53,913 bases of DNA from Piptocephalis cylindrospora (Eukaryota), in the NCBI GenBank assembly GCA_003614145.1, contig KZ987729.1, positions 1 to 53,913 of the forward strand, given 5' to 3'. Of this stretch, positions 36,608 through 50,006 are shown in pieces; within the stretch, counting starts at the first letter, position 1; each line of letters opens with the position of its first letter. Position numbers and translations under genes: made by a program. Under the pieces are notes generated by a model, which had not been told where the DNA came from, made no database searches, and was given only the letters and a program-made list of their open reading frames with translations.

Positions 36608-37422
36608 TTAGATCAAGGAGGCTTGCCGAAGATTGGGTGCCGGAGTATTACCCTTGGGATACGCCAATTGCCATCCTGGCATTAGAGGAACTCGATGTGA
36701 GTGACCAATGGGCTCCACTAAAGCATGGAATTCCTTGGGCAATGTCTTTAGGAGGGCAGGTCCATCAGTGAGGGTATCGGAGGGATAGTTCCTTCCATTC
36801 GTCTCTGGTCTACGCTGTATAAGAAGATTGGGGCAAAATGGGGGAAGGTGATTAGACAGATAGAATAATAGATGATATGATCTTAGATGATGGTTGTATC
36901 GTAGTCCCATCTTTACTTACTTGGATGGATACGCGGCAAGTCGATTTGGATGGAACCATACAAAACGTAGATACAAACTCATCTACCAAGGGAAAGCTGT
37001 CAATAGACGAGCTAAGAGCATCGTTTAGGCGGGATGGATATTTCCACGCTTCACTTACCACCACGCCATATTCTGGCCATACCAGGGCGCATCCCTTCTC
37101 GTTCATCCTGAAAGAGAGCTGGGAGCTGCTCCTGGATCATTGAGATAAATTGCTAGTGCCGTGGTGGAAGGATTGGAAACAAAAACATTAACTTATCCGT
37201 TTTGCGAGGTAAACAAGCAGCGCAAGGAGGTTATCTAATTCACTCAAAGGACTCTACCTGCAAATGAACTTGAGTAAACCACCGAGTGTGTTCTGGAGCC
37301 AGGAAGAGAAGGACAGTCATGGCTGATGTGGGACTGATGCGTAGATCCATGCGGTTACGCGTCTGAAACATTGTGAATGAGTCCGAGGGTTCCGGTGATC
37401 CGGGAGGGCTGGAAGAGGACAT
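36608..37422 (-). CDS. 175-aa four-exon protein, possibly SLX4IP-like
   Basis: Exons 37422-37258, 37152-37059, 36982-36921, 36814-36608 have canonical GT-AG introns and consistent phases (0,1,0). Product: ...LRISPTSAMTVLLFLAPEHTRWFTQVHLQQFISMIQEQL...IWRGDEFVSTFCMV... The family assignment is from memory of the motif only. Confidence 0.75.
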
Positions 37423-37802
37423 CGTGTATAAAAACAAGGAAGGTGGTATGAATAAGCATTTCTGCCGTGCAGTGGCTATGGGTAATTAATGGGAAAGAAA
37501 GTTTCCAGCTGCAATTCCCCGGAATCCACTCGAGCCCTTCACTACTGCCAGTAATTGATCAATAGACATTGGCAAGGACTGTGCTCATGTTAGTACAGCC
37601 TTTGGGTGCGGAGCCTACGGGTATGGAAGCGCGGGACGCGTCAACGCGTGATAGAAGTTCCGAGGAATGCACCGTGTCCCCACCATCTGCAGATTGATCA
37701 TGGTGTTGAGCATGTATGGCTGGATGACTACTGCTTGCCTCAGAAGCTCACTTCATCCTTTCCTTCCTTTCATCCTTTCTCATTACCGCACCCCTTCAAC
37801 GG

Positions 37803-40800
37803 ATGCCCATCCCTTCTGGTTATTACTTGAGCACGCTTAGTCCAGCCACCTCGGTTGTCGCCTCGCTGACCGCTCATCTGATCGATGCCTCTACTGAAGA
37901 CTTGGTTGTTGTGTAGGTCACTTCTGTTCATATACTCTCTCGAGGGTAGCACCTAGACTCCTCAGCCACATCATTTCCGTTATGACACCCTCCCTATCCT
38001 TAGACATGTCTCTTCAGTGGCGATTTACAGAAGGGTGAAAGATCGGCTTCAGTCCCTCAAAACTCTCTCCATCCACGGCCACATTCATACTGCACGCATC
38101 TACCGACCTGAGGTAGGTTAGAGGGCTGAATTTCACGACAATCACCCTTCCTTATCCGGCTAATGTCCCATCCTTTTGGCTCTCTCTTCAAAGAATCGTG
38201 ACACCGATATCCTCTTCATCCTCACTGACACCTGTAGAGTGACTTTCATAGCCTTTGATACCCCCCACTTCACCCACCATGTCCTTGCCAAGGGAGACTT
38301 CCATGATGTCGTCTACCGCTCTCCTCAGCATGGCCTGCTTCTAGACATTAATTCCTCGAGCACATGGGCCACCCTCCATCTCTCACAGCGTACCCTGAAA
38401 TTCTTGCCCTTGACCTCGGATAAATTGAGCAATGGTGACTTGGTACCCGGAGAGGCCTTCAATGTCCCCATTGAGGAAGCTCGCCTGATCGACCTTTCCT
38501 TCCTCCCAACCCCTACCCAGCCTATCCGGTCCAGGGCTGGAAAGAAGAGAAGAAGGGCTGGATCAGCACAACCCTCCCCTTTATCCCCTTCTGTTCTGAT
38601 CCTGTGGCAAAACGAACAGGGAGGTCGCCATCTTTCCCTCTACACCCTAAATGTTCATTCACGAGAGCTCAAGAAGGATAGACGATTCATGCACCATGTC
38701 AGTAAAACTTCCCATAAGCTTATTCCCATCCCTGAAGGTATGTAATGGGATGATGCCTGAGGAGATCAGTAAAGAGATTTTGGATACCCTTCACTGATCA
38801 AATACTTTTTCTTACACCTCTCACTCGTTTTCCCGCTGATCTCATGAATAGCAGGAGGCGTTATTGTCTGTTCCAAGGATGTATACCACTATCTTCACCC
38901 TTTACCGCAAGGGGAATCTATCGGGGGCTACCTTTTGACTCCCCTATCTTTCCCTCCCTTGCTTCATCCATGTGTGGCTCATGTCATATGTAAAGATGGC
39001 TCTATTCTACTATCCACTGAGCAGGGCTCGCTTTACGCCATAAAGATCACCGACCAGGGATGCAACTCATCTACTACGCCATCAAAAAAAGGTCCCCAAA
39101 ATTTTAATCGTGCGGATAGAAAGAGCAATTGCGTAATTCTCGCTGTTGGAGATGTAAGTAATGGAGAGAGTATTGTTTTTTTGTGTCATCTCGTATTCAC
39201 TCATTCAATCAATTCTTCTTTCTCATCCTTCTGGGAATGGGTCATATACACTACTCATAGGCGGTGCCTCCTACTTCATTAGCTCTCCTGGGAGAAGATA
39301 CTCTCTTTGTTGGGTCTCATGATGCAGATTCTTGCCTTGTTAAACTTGACAGTTCCCTTTGGAAGCCCTTACTCGCCGATTCCACTTTAAAGTGGGGTCC
39401 TCTATCTATCATGGACTCTCTTCATAACCTTGCATCGTTGAGTGATATGTGCTTTGTAAATCGAGGCAAGGACGGCTCGGGTGATGTAAGTGTATTTGAT
39501 CCGTCTTTCCTTTACTTTCTTTCAAGAGTTAGAATCAGAGTAATTCGCCTTTTCATCCATTCTTCACAAATAACTCACGCTTTTAATCCATTCCCTTTTT
39601 CCATGCTTTTCTCGTCATTAGAAGCAATTAGTGACATGCTCTGGGTTTGGCCAATACGGCTCCTTAAGGGTCCTGCGAGCCGGGATCGGCATGGCTGAAG
39701 TGGTGGATATGGAGCTCCCTGGGATTCAGCGCATGTGGTGTTTGAATAACCGTACTAGAGAAGAGGAAGTGGACGATCAAAGCTCCAAGACTCCCACCCG
39801 AATTCTCCTCGGGTTCATGTCCGAGACTCGGTTGATTTCCTTTTCTCACGGCGCGGAGGATAAAGAAGTTGGGGATTGGTCCCAAGCTGAGCAAGTTTCG
39901 TTGCCTCCTTTGACGGGGTCTTGCACAACATGGCTGGTTGCTCCTTTGATTACCGCTTCTCCAGCATCTCGCTATGAGATATCGACGAAATCTCCTTTTT
40001 TACACGTTACTGCCGAAGAGGCAAGGGTCATTGCGATTGGAGAGGAAATTGGACCACCCGACAGCCTCTCAGCCCAGATACTCGATAGATGGTCAGTGGT
40101 CTCTGAAGGTCCTGATCCCATTACCCTGGCCACGTGTAGGGGTAACTCCGTCGCGGTAGTACACAAGGGAGGGTCACATCTATCTCTTCTTCAAGCTACC
40201 GAGGATACCAAGCGCTCCACCTGGGCCCTCAAGGAGCACGGAGGATATTATTTTTCCCAGCAAGTCTCATGTTTGGACATGGGAATTACTGATCGAGTGG
40301 CCGTCGGACTTTGGAATGATTTTTCTGTTCAAATCCTCATTATTCATCCCGATGGTACTATGCATCCTATCCTTCAGTGTGATCACCGTAAGCTCTTCAT
40401 GCTGTATTTTGGCCTTTGGGATCATGGAAAAAAGGGGATCATAGTTATTTGTAGACTAATCATTCCTCACCTACCCAGCCTCCCTACCCCGTTCTGTGAT
40501 CATGTGTTCCTGGGATGATGATAATGGAATGAAGGATCAAAAGGCAATGCCCATCGATCATACTATCATCTCTTCTACTTTCCTCATTAGTGCGCTTGGT
40601 AAGTCCTTATTTTAATTCCTTTGTACTGTACCCTTCCCATGTTAATTGTTCTGTTATTATTGACTTAACATCAACAGGAGATGGGCAGATCTACACCAGG
40701 GAAATCACCATGGATGAACCCTCCTTAGGCAAACCAAGCATAGAAGTAGTGGGTCGAAATGCAGCCGTGTTACAGAGCATGGAAATTGTAAATCCAGGAG

Positions 40801-42723
40801 GGAGGACTAAAGTAATATTCACCGCCGGGGCGGAATGGCCAAGATTAATTCATCCCAGGGGAAGTTTAACTAGGGATACGGCAGGAAGGCCTTACTCCAA
40901 CATTATCCGTCCCAGTATTACCTTGGTCCATTCTCAAGCCCCATCTCAGCTGGCTCATGCCCACATTCTCCCTCTTCCCATCACCTCTGCCTCCCAGGCT
41001 ATGGCCTATGCCTCTCCAGAAGAACTTGGGATTGGAAGGATGGATGCACTAAGTCAAGTTCAAACCCGCACTTTGATGCTATCTGAGCTTCCAGGCTTCA
41101 AGCCAGCTACAGGCCTAGGAAAGGAGCATGAGGGTGAGGAACCTAGGCGAATAATCCATTGTGGGGCTAGCATGGCTTCCCTGGCTATCCTTACCCTTGG
41201 GCGTTGCCCAGACGAATCCGCGGTACTATCGGGGACTGACTCTTCCATAATTCATTCCCGTCTCATCCTCATCGATGACGGTCAGGAAGATTTTCGTGGT
41301 AAGTTTTATTTCGGTGAATGGAGCTTCTTTGCGTGTTTAGGGATGGAGTGAATTATCACACTCATTAGTCAACCTTCACTCTACTACCAATCAGTATTGG
41401 ACTCGGTGGATTTCCAGCGACATGAAGGGGGCTATAGCTTAGCTTTTGGCTCCTTCTCCTCTCATACGTCGCGAAACTATTTGATTGTGGGAACTGCCTT
41501 TGACGAAGTGGATAGAGAGGGTATTTGTACACGCGGGCGAATCCTAGTGTATGAAATTATCGGCTCAGGCATGAACGATCGTAGACTAAGGACGGTACAT
41601 GCTTTCGTGGTACCTGGGGCCGTATTGGGCTTAGCCATCACTCATAATGCCCTAGAAGATGAATCAATGAAGGATGGGTGGGCCTCAGGTCTTCTCATGG
41701 CCGGGGTTGCAGATCGCCTAGTGGGCTTCAGATGGCACGAGACAGAAGAGAGACTTGAGGTACAATCCAGTCTCGGAGGTTTTACTCAGGTGCTCTCCCT
41801 AAGTCCATCCTGCTCCGGAGATGCCATTGTCAGTGTGGGTGACATGATGTGGGGGTCTTCCATTATCCGGTTTGACCCATTGGCCTCGCCTGCTTCTCTT
41901 GATAACGGGAGAAGGGGGGGGCTTGTAAAGGTGGCCGGCCACTCTGAGACTGTATGGACTACGGCCATGACCATGGCACATGATACGGTTGTTGTCCTGG
42001 GGGACATGGAGGGAAATATTCGGATCAAAGGGCAGCTTTCCTTCATGGATACCTCTGGAGGCATCTTGGAACAAGAATCCCGTACAGAGATGGAGGAGAC
42101 CAGGGTTCCTGGTCTTGCTGATAAGATGGATCGTCTAATTCCTCTTTCCTCCTACCATCTTGGACAGCAGATTAACCGGATCATCCCAGGTAAGAGAGGG
42201 CTTGATTTGGTCGCGTGAGCGCTAGCTGCGGCCAATATCTACTCACGCTTCTTTACCGCTCCTTTTAGGTAACTTTGGAAATTCCTCCTTTCCCACTGCA
42301 TCCCAACCTCATGTCGCTAAGGCTCATGCATCTGAAAGTGATCATTATAATCTGAGGAATCTTATCCTGGGGGCAACCAGTGGCCAGATCCTTCGTGCCA
42401 TCTATTTACCGGAGAAGAGGATTCATAATATCCTTCTCAGTCTGCAACGTGTCCTTGTTAGGTATCTAAAGCAGGACCCTACGTGGGGCGGGGGCTTGGA
42501 TTACTCTGAGTGGAGAAGATTTAGTTTGGAATTCGGGGAGGATGATGAGCTTATAGTGGATGGAGATCTGCTTCAAGCCTTCCTGTGCCTTTCATCCCCC
42601 GAACAATCCAGTATCTGGGAGGCATTAACCAAGGAGCTCATCCCATACACGGTATCCAATCCTATGGAGAAGCCAACTGAAACCCTAAACGAGATTCTAG
42701 GTATTCTAGAGACTCTTTCCTAG
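37803..42723 (+). CDS. DDB1: DNA damage-binding protein 1 family (DDB1/CPSF-A beta-propellers), multi-exon
   Basis: YLST...TSV N-terminus, LFVGSHDADS, NLASLSDM, TCSGFGQYGSLRVLRAGIG, ELPGIQRMW, VGLW, IVGTAF..GRILVY, VGDMM, YHLGQQIN, IVDGDLL. Confidence 0.85.
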
Positions 42724-42896
42724 AGAGGGGATTCGTGTGTATGTTGCCTGAATGTATGTGTGAAATTATTCCGGCTGATCCTCAAATGATATCGTAAAAT
42801 TATTAAGAATTGCCATAAGATGCATACAGAGAGGAACAAAGTACAATGATCTTGTGGCCATGCCTAAAACCTTCATCCCCTCCCCCAAAAGGTCCA

Positions 42897-45800
42897 TCAT
42901 CGATCCACACGCACGGCATCCCCACTAATGCTAATTACCGCATAAGCCGTCCCCTTGAGATTATCCTCACATTCCATCTGCTCCATGACGTATCCAACAA
43001 AACCATTGGCTCCAAGGCCCTGAAGATGAGCCTCGAGAATCCGATAGACCTCGGACATAAACCGTTCGGTGAACTCGCGAATGTCTCCATCAGGACCTCC
43101 TTGAATGTGCTCCTCCTTGACAAAGTGGAGTACCATCCTTCCATAGTGTGTCACCACAGGATACGGCAAGGTGGAGAGAGGGGTGATGAGGATATCTTCA
43201 CGATCAACAGGGCCGGGCGGATCGGCCGGTCGGCCATCTACAGTATCAACCGCCCTGCTCACCTCCTTTTCCTGCCTCACCTCCTCCATGCTCACAGCCG
43301 TCATGCGGACTTGGAAGATTAAGCCGTCCGTGATAGCTACGGAGCTTGAGACCCCGGCAATTACGAAGCACTGAGTACCTGCCATCGACTGACCTAAGGC
43401 ATCGTACAGCTTTCGGTAGACCGAGGCAAATTGTCTGTTAGGATGATGGGAGAGGAGTCGGATCTCTCCAGTCTGAATGGTCTTGTGGAAGACCGTTGGG
43501 GCCATCTGCACTGTTCGGCCTCCTGTACGCTCCACATTTGTGAGACGCAATCCATGGAAATTCTCCTCAAGTAAGATGGCCACCATGTCCTCATCTGCCT
43601 CATCATCCACCTGAACCACCATGGCATGTCCTTCTTCCCCTCGGTAAAGCCGTGGATTCTCCGGTCCCTTGGTAGTATCAACCGAGGAGCGTCTTCTCCT
43701 AAACTTCGGAGCCGGATTACTCGTTTCTTCGCTGACCTCCCCTTGGATACCAGTATCGCCATCATCATGATCATCATCGGTGGCCTCATCGGTCGACGTG
43801 TCTGTGTCCCCTAGATCATTTCCTTCAGTATTAGGAATCCGGCGATTTCCAAAGGATGCAGGTAAAGGCCCCTTGGAACGAGCAGCGCGATCCTGGAAGG
43901 CAGCCTCAAGCTTCTGACGATTTTCTTCGCTGAGCTTCATGATCCGTTCCTGTGTGAGAAGCAATCCTTTGTCCTCCTCATCAACCACATCCAAATTCCG
44001 TGAGATGGTCAGTGACGCGGGAGTAGGGAGAGCAGAAACATAGTAGGCTGTGCCGGTGGCCACCGCCATTAGGAGATCATGACCGATGGTGAGCTGGAAA
44101 CGAAGGCCAAAAACGGCATTCATACCCAAGATGTGCAGCTTCAGCATCAATTGCCGATGTATATCGTACTCCACAAATGGCAAAGCCTCACTCACAATGG
44201 CTGCGTGACTATCACCTTCCTTGTGCTTTTTTGCACGACAGATACGAGCCTCAACCAAGTGTCCATCCGTTACGACATCCAACTCGGCCGGGGGATCCAT
44301 TGTGGCCAGGATAATCTCCGGGACATACCTTCGATGGCACAGGCCACATCGATGGGTCGAGACAGGAAAAGACGAATGATGCCGCCCTGATCGAGGGACG
44401 TGGCACATTCGACAACCTTTAGGAGTAAATAAGGGTCATTAGAATTCACTACTCTCTTTCGTGTCATAAAAAGGTACGTCCCACGGTCCAGACCAATATA
44501 TAACCAACCCATCTTACCTGAAACACGTGATCTGAAGGGACGACGCCCTTCCGAGTGCTCCAGTTCACCATGCGGTTGCCCCCTCCTTTTTCGACGACGT
44601 GTGTTAGTCACATCTGCGCTCCACTGACCCTGCTCATGGACAGGTTCGGCAGGCGAAGGAGGCTCCGATGGATCTAGAGTGTAGGAGGAGAAAATTGAAG
44701 TGGTGGTGGTATCTATCTTTGGATCCTTTCCAAGGTAAAGAGCATGTGGTAGATGTCCAGTACGCGGAGGTACAGATGGGATAAAGTCCGCCAACTCATC
44801 ATACTCATCATGCCCACATCCTCGGCTGTCCTTTCCAAGCCTACCTTCCATCCCATCTCCATGGCCTTGATCTCCGGGAGTACGATAAGATAGAACAGCA
44901 TTTTCCCTACCTGGGGATGATCTTTTTCTCCTTTCCCCACCCGCTATACTTGAGAGCCAACCCTCATCAAGAACTACGGCGGTTCCAGAAGCGGTAAGCA
45001 CACATAACTCCTCATTCACAGTCATGTTCTCTGTATATCCAAGGACATGGACACACCCTAGAGCTCGAGTATGAGATCGTACTTCCTCCCGTACTTCATC
45101 CCACCAGATTTCTCGAGTCCGAACTTCATCGTCCTCAATGAGTTTAACAGCTTTCACTGAGACAACACCTCCTAGCCGGATAATGGTTCCAACAGGAAGG
45201 GAACGTAAAGGCAGAAGATATTGCTCACCCAATCGATGGGAAATGGGGGCCGAAATAATAGAGCCTCCACCAGTTGTAGTGCCTCGTGAATTACCATACG
45301 GACTTGACCGGTGATCTCTTTGAGCCATTGCCTGCGGCTCCGACATGGAAGGGGGCATCATGGTGGGGGCGGGTGGTATAGAGACTGAGGGAAGGGAGGA
45401 AGAAGAAGAAGAGGAGATGGAAGACTGCACCTCCATAGGCTGTAGGGAGGATGAAGTCATCGAGGCAGGTGGAGGAAGGGGGGCTAGAGTGGAGGGAGCA
45501 GGCGGTGGGGAGGAAAAGTGCGATAAGGCTTCGCCTGCTTCCCTTTTTCCCTTCTCCGTACTCATCACTTTCTCCTTGTCCTCCTCATCCCTGAAAACAT
45601 GAACATCTATCCCAGTCGTCTGGATCTCACGGGATGTCCGAACCAGTAAGGGAGATGGCTTTTCCCATTCCAACCGGACAGCACAAGCGATAGCTCCAGC
45701 TGAAATAATTCTTTCAACGTTCTCTAGGTCAAAACGTTGCTGATATCCGATAACCGCATCTGCGCCCATATCGAGTGCCTTACGACCTACGGTACGTCGA

Positions 45801-46411
45801 AGACGTCCAGCCAATCGAAAAAAGAGCTTTTGGCGGGAATCATTACTCGAGCGTGGGGTGCGGAAATTATCACTCCAATGGAACTCAGGGTCATCCTCAA
45901 TGAGCCGAGCATCCACCAGTCCAAGGACCGCAGTGAGGCGCATGCCTGCGGGGATCCTAGCCACCGAAAAGATCCGAACCCCGGCTGAGGAGTCGCGGAA
46001 TTTATTGACGTCCCCAAAGAGTTCGAGCCGCACGCTTACATGCAGAGATCCACGAATCCCACAGAGTGAGTCGTAGATGGGGAACCACCCGGCAATCTGA
46101 TCTGGAGCCGCTGAGGTAAGAAGAGGATTGAGATCCACCAAGATGGTGCCCACCGTGTCGTTAGCCGAGATGGTATCATAATCCAGGACCCGAAATTCTA
46201 GAGGCTCATCCTGCAGGTCCACATCGTCGCTCACCTCATACCGAAAATCCTCTCCCCATACGGGATTCAGGGTCTTTCGAGCAATGGAGGTGCGTTGGGT
46301 GTCAAAGTCAGCGAAGCGAACCTCCACAAACGCATCAGTCAACTCGGACTTTCGGTCCATGACCGGAAGATTCTTGGCCGCAAGGACCTTCACCTTAAGA
46401 ATACAAGGCAT
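42897..46411 (-). CDS. C2CD5: C2 domain-containing protein 5 (KIAA0528-like); intron 44417-44517
   Basis: MPCILKVKVLAAKNLPVMDRKSELTDAFVEVRF C2 domain, GWFPIYD, FRTPRSSN, GGVVSVKAVKL..TREIWWDEVR, LPFVEYDIHRQL..GMNAVFGL. Confidence 0.9.
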
Positions 46412-46754
46412 GGGAGTAGGTGAGGGAAGCTTCAAGGTGTAAGGAAAAAGAGCTGAGGATGGAGAGCAGAGGCGCAAAACTGGGCAAGACACACGGATAA
46501 CAGTGTGAGATACCTCAGGCTGGTAGCTGTGGTGGTGGTGGCTTATATGGGAGGACGGCTGAAATGCTGACGCCACCAAGTCTGGCTATGCGAAGGGAAT
46601 GATATGGGTGGTCTGGGGTAATCAGGACGTGTTTTGCTCAGCCACATACCATTTGTCCTTTCTCCTTTCCCTCTTCCTCGATCCATTTCCTCATCGTCCC
46701 AAGAACTCCTTGAAAAAATAAGCTTAGCATTCATCCCATCCATAGTTAGGTATC

Positions 46755-48718
46755 ATGCCAAACACACTGAAGTGCACGCCGGATCGCCGGCTTCTCCACT
46801 CAAACTTTGAGGGATATCGCCTCTCCTTTGACACGCCCTTTACACAAGCTCAGCATCATCCTTTGCCTCCAAGCGGGTTCTCCCCTCCTACACTATCTCG
46901 GGAAATCATGATTCCTTATCAAGAGGTTAGAGTTAGGTCATTGTACAATCATCTCTTTCCTTCGGCCGACAGACACCAGTACTACTATATTGACCCAAAA
47001 AATACGGTGCACGCCATGAACAGTCATCTTCAGGTAGGTTGGCCAAAAGAGATTTATTGCTATAAATTCACCTCCCTAACTCTAACCCTACATTTCATCC
47101 AACCCTATTCACTGATCAGACAGGGCATCAAATGACGATACAACCCGTGTTTACCATGCCAATGCATACACACACCACCCAGGATGTCCCATCATCCAGG
47201 GAAAGTCATCATGCTTTTCCCTCCCTCACTCAAGTGGGATCCTTCATCATTGCTTCACCAGGTGACGGAAATATCCATGTGTACGACCAGGACCAATCAT
47301 CCTACTTGGGCTCAATTCCCTTCCACCCACCCTCCCAAGAGGAGGATCAGGCCAGCCCCTGGCCATTTCTAATTCAAGCGAGTCACATCTCCTCCGCATC
47401 ATCTGACTCTAGTCCGATTATCCTTATTTCCGGCACGAATCCTACATCTTCTGCTCCCGTTGAGGTGTATTTTGTGCATCTAACCCTCGAGAATTCGAAG
47501 CACGTCCAAGATCTCAATGTTTCGTTGACTTACCGTGTAATCAAGGGCTTACGTGGCCAGGACTATCCCGTATACGCTCATTTTCATCCATCTTACGAAA
47601 ACTGCTTGATAGGATCGATTGGAGGATACGAGCCCATCCCACTGGAGCCATCCTCCCCACTACCACCGCCTCCCAGTGATGTGAAGGAGGCTTCCTCCGA
47701 AAGTGAAGGCATGAGGAATATTTTCCCTAAAGATACCTTCCCTGGAACCTCGTACACTTGGAGCCAAAATGGAGATCGCATTTGTCTTTCCTTACCTCTT
47801 CCTTCCAAGGATAAAGGAGATGTTCACGTAGGTCTAGGTGCGGACGCTCTTAGCCTTCACTCGACCTCGAGACCTCTTCCACGTATCTTGCCCTTCTATG
47901 ACAGGGTAAGTAGCGAGAGCCGATGGTCTATCCGGGAGATGGGTGCAGATGAGGGTCGAGTCCTTGAGGTTAACTTGATCAAAGTGGCTTCCCTATTACG
48001 ATGGCCGCATATTTGGAAAACGGATGATGGAGTGATGGAGGAGGGGATTGTCAATGCTACCTACCCGGTCGATTTGGAGGATGATGGAAATGAGGAAGCT
48101 GAGTCATCCGGCTTACCAGCTCTCATCCTCCCCTCTGCCATCGCAAACAGCGACGGACTCCACATGCGAAGTATGACAATTGAGGATGATGATGCAGGAG
48201 ATGATGAAGAGGATGAGTCCTTTATTTACCCAACCTTTCACCTCTGGTCTCTGCACCAGACCCGGCCGATCTCTACGCTATCCACAGGAAGCCAAGGATG
48301 GTTAGGCGAGGCTTTACCCGTGAGAGTGAATTCTGAACCGGAAAAGTCTTTTCCAGGGCTATTTGTTCGATACGACATTGATGGTCTCATCTACACCCCT
48401 ACTTTGCAAGCAGAGGACCATAGGCTCTCTTTGAAACACACAGGGACTGTTAGCGCTTTTGGGTACATCCGATCCAGCAAGACAGAGGCACGTTTTGTTT
48501 TCGCCCTAGACGGAGGGATGAGTGATTGTGGCATTATTGTGGACATGGAAAGGCGTGCCTACCTGTACACCAGCCCCTCCTCTGAGCATGAAGACTTTGG
48601 TGTTCAGAATATTGCCGAACTCGGATCAGGACTAGTAATGGGCTGGGGTGTTTCGCCTGATCATTCTGGGTTACTTCTTCTGACCGAGGCGTCCCTTACC
48701 TTCATCCCTCTTCAATGA
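46755..48718 (+). CDS. NUDCD1: NudC domain-containing protein 1 (intron 47034-47119)
   Basis: PDRRLLHSNFEGYRLS and LYNHLF N-terminus, CS domain (YTWSQNGD...RWP), RYDIDG, and SAFGYIRSSK. Confidence 0.87.
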
Positions 48719-49118
48719 ATGCGTGAATCGGACTTACTTGGATTGCAACTTTTGAGGCGTGCTTAAGATGAATGCTGAATGGAGCAAGAACAGATGTGCA
48801 ATATGATCATAAGGTCATTTTGCCTTTATTGCCGAAATGGGATATCTATGCGAGTGATAATTCTTATGGCATGCCGATTGTATTACTGCACCCAAAAGGT
48901 ATAACGTTGTAACCTTGAATGTTTCCACAACACGCATAGCTTTCTATTGCTAATCCTCCGCAGATACTGTTTCAATTGACGCGAAATATCTATGCCTATA
49001 GCTAAGAGGGAAGCTTGAATATATTTTCTACGCGAAGCTATGGTATTGCTAATGATGCTGAGACAATCACATGCCTGGTCATGCCCCGAGTTATCCTGCT
49101 TGGGCCCTGAGGCCTTCC

Positions 49119-49310
49119 TGGTAACGAAGGTTTCTTCGGGTGACGGTGGGCAGGGCGTTTCTGTAGTATCCGAGTACCTGCTCTATCGAGTGCACGTAGA
49201 GAGCGTGCTCTTGGTACCACGCAGGCCAGATTTATGGGCGATGGCGCGTTCGGATGTCCCATGCCTACCCCATCGGGGAAATAAAAGGATTTTATATCAT
49301 CATCATCATC
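49119..49310 (+). repeat. ~200 bp dispersed repeat, copy 2
   Basis: Colinear similarity to 14418-14617, including identical 14-mer gtttcttcgggtga and 12-mer tctgtagtatcc; ends in a (cat)n run. Confidence 0.88.
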
Positions 49311-49607
49311 AAATGGCACTACTTACCATCTTGAGTCGACGCATCTAAGAATGCTGAGGTTTCCAAAAGGCTCTAGGTGATGCATGCATATATGTTATAC
49401 TATGAGAATCAAATCGTTATCATGGATGCTCTACGTGATCCCATGCAGTGTGTCAGGGAGCATAAAATAATTTGTTTACCGCCCTCTAACGGGCGATATC
49501 AATGGTGAACAAAGAGAGCAGTTTTAGATACAACATTGTGTGTTCCTTGGTCATGTATTCCACATCAGCGCATGAAAAATAAATAAAAAGGGGCTATTTT
49601 CCATGCA

Positions 49608-50006
49608 TCAGTAACTGGTAGGCTTGGAGTCATTGCTGATATTGCACTTGATACTAGCTTGAATAAGGACAGATTTTTTCAAGAGCTGGGAACTTTGGGA
49701 ATGGGCATCACAGGCCTTGGGGACGGTGATGCAGCAGAGGACAATGTTGGAGTTAGACTTGTCGTTTTGAGTGTCTTTGTCAGAGCGGTTACATCCGGAA
49801 ATGGACTCTTCCTGGCTAGAGTAGACCTGAAGGGAGTCTGGGACGCCACTGGGATCCTTCAGATAAAGTGGTTTGGCGACTTTGGTAAAGGAATCTCTGT
49901 CGCAAAAAGCAACATATCCAGCCTCCATAGAGCTGGTCTGGTCGACGGCGAGAACCGTAGGTGCAGCAATGACGAAGACGAGGGAAAGAAGAGAGCGGAA
50001 TAGCAT
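49608..50006 (-). CDS. Small secreted cysteine-containing protein (132 aa), unknown function
   Basis: ATG at 50006 gives MLFRSLLSLVFVIAAPTVLA (signal-peptide-like, VLA cleavage site), six Cys including a CC pair, no introns. Confidence 0.75.
   Translation of the reverse strand: MLFRSLLSLVFVIAAPTVLAVDQTSSMEAGYVAFCDRDSFTKVAKPLYLKDPSGVPDSLQVYSSQEESISGCNRSDKDTQNDKSNSNIVLCCITVPKACDAHSQSSQLLKKSVLIQASIKCNISNDSKPTSY

Noticed and set aside
49038..49348. Overlapping 93-aa and 102-aa ORFs
   Set aside because: They span repeat copy 2, and I see no recognisable protein motif or matching ORFs in the other copies.
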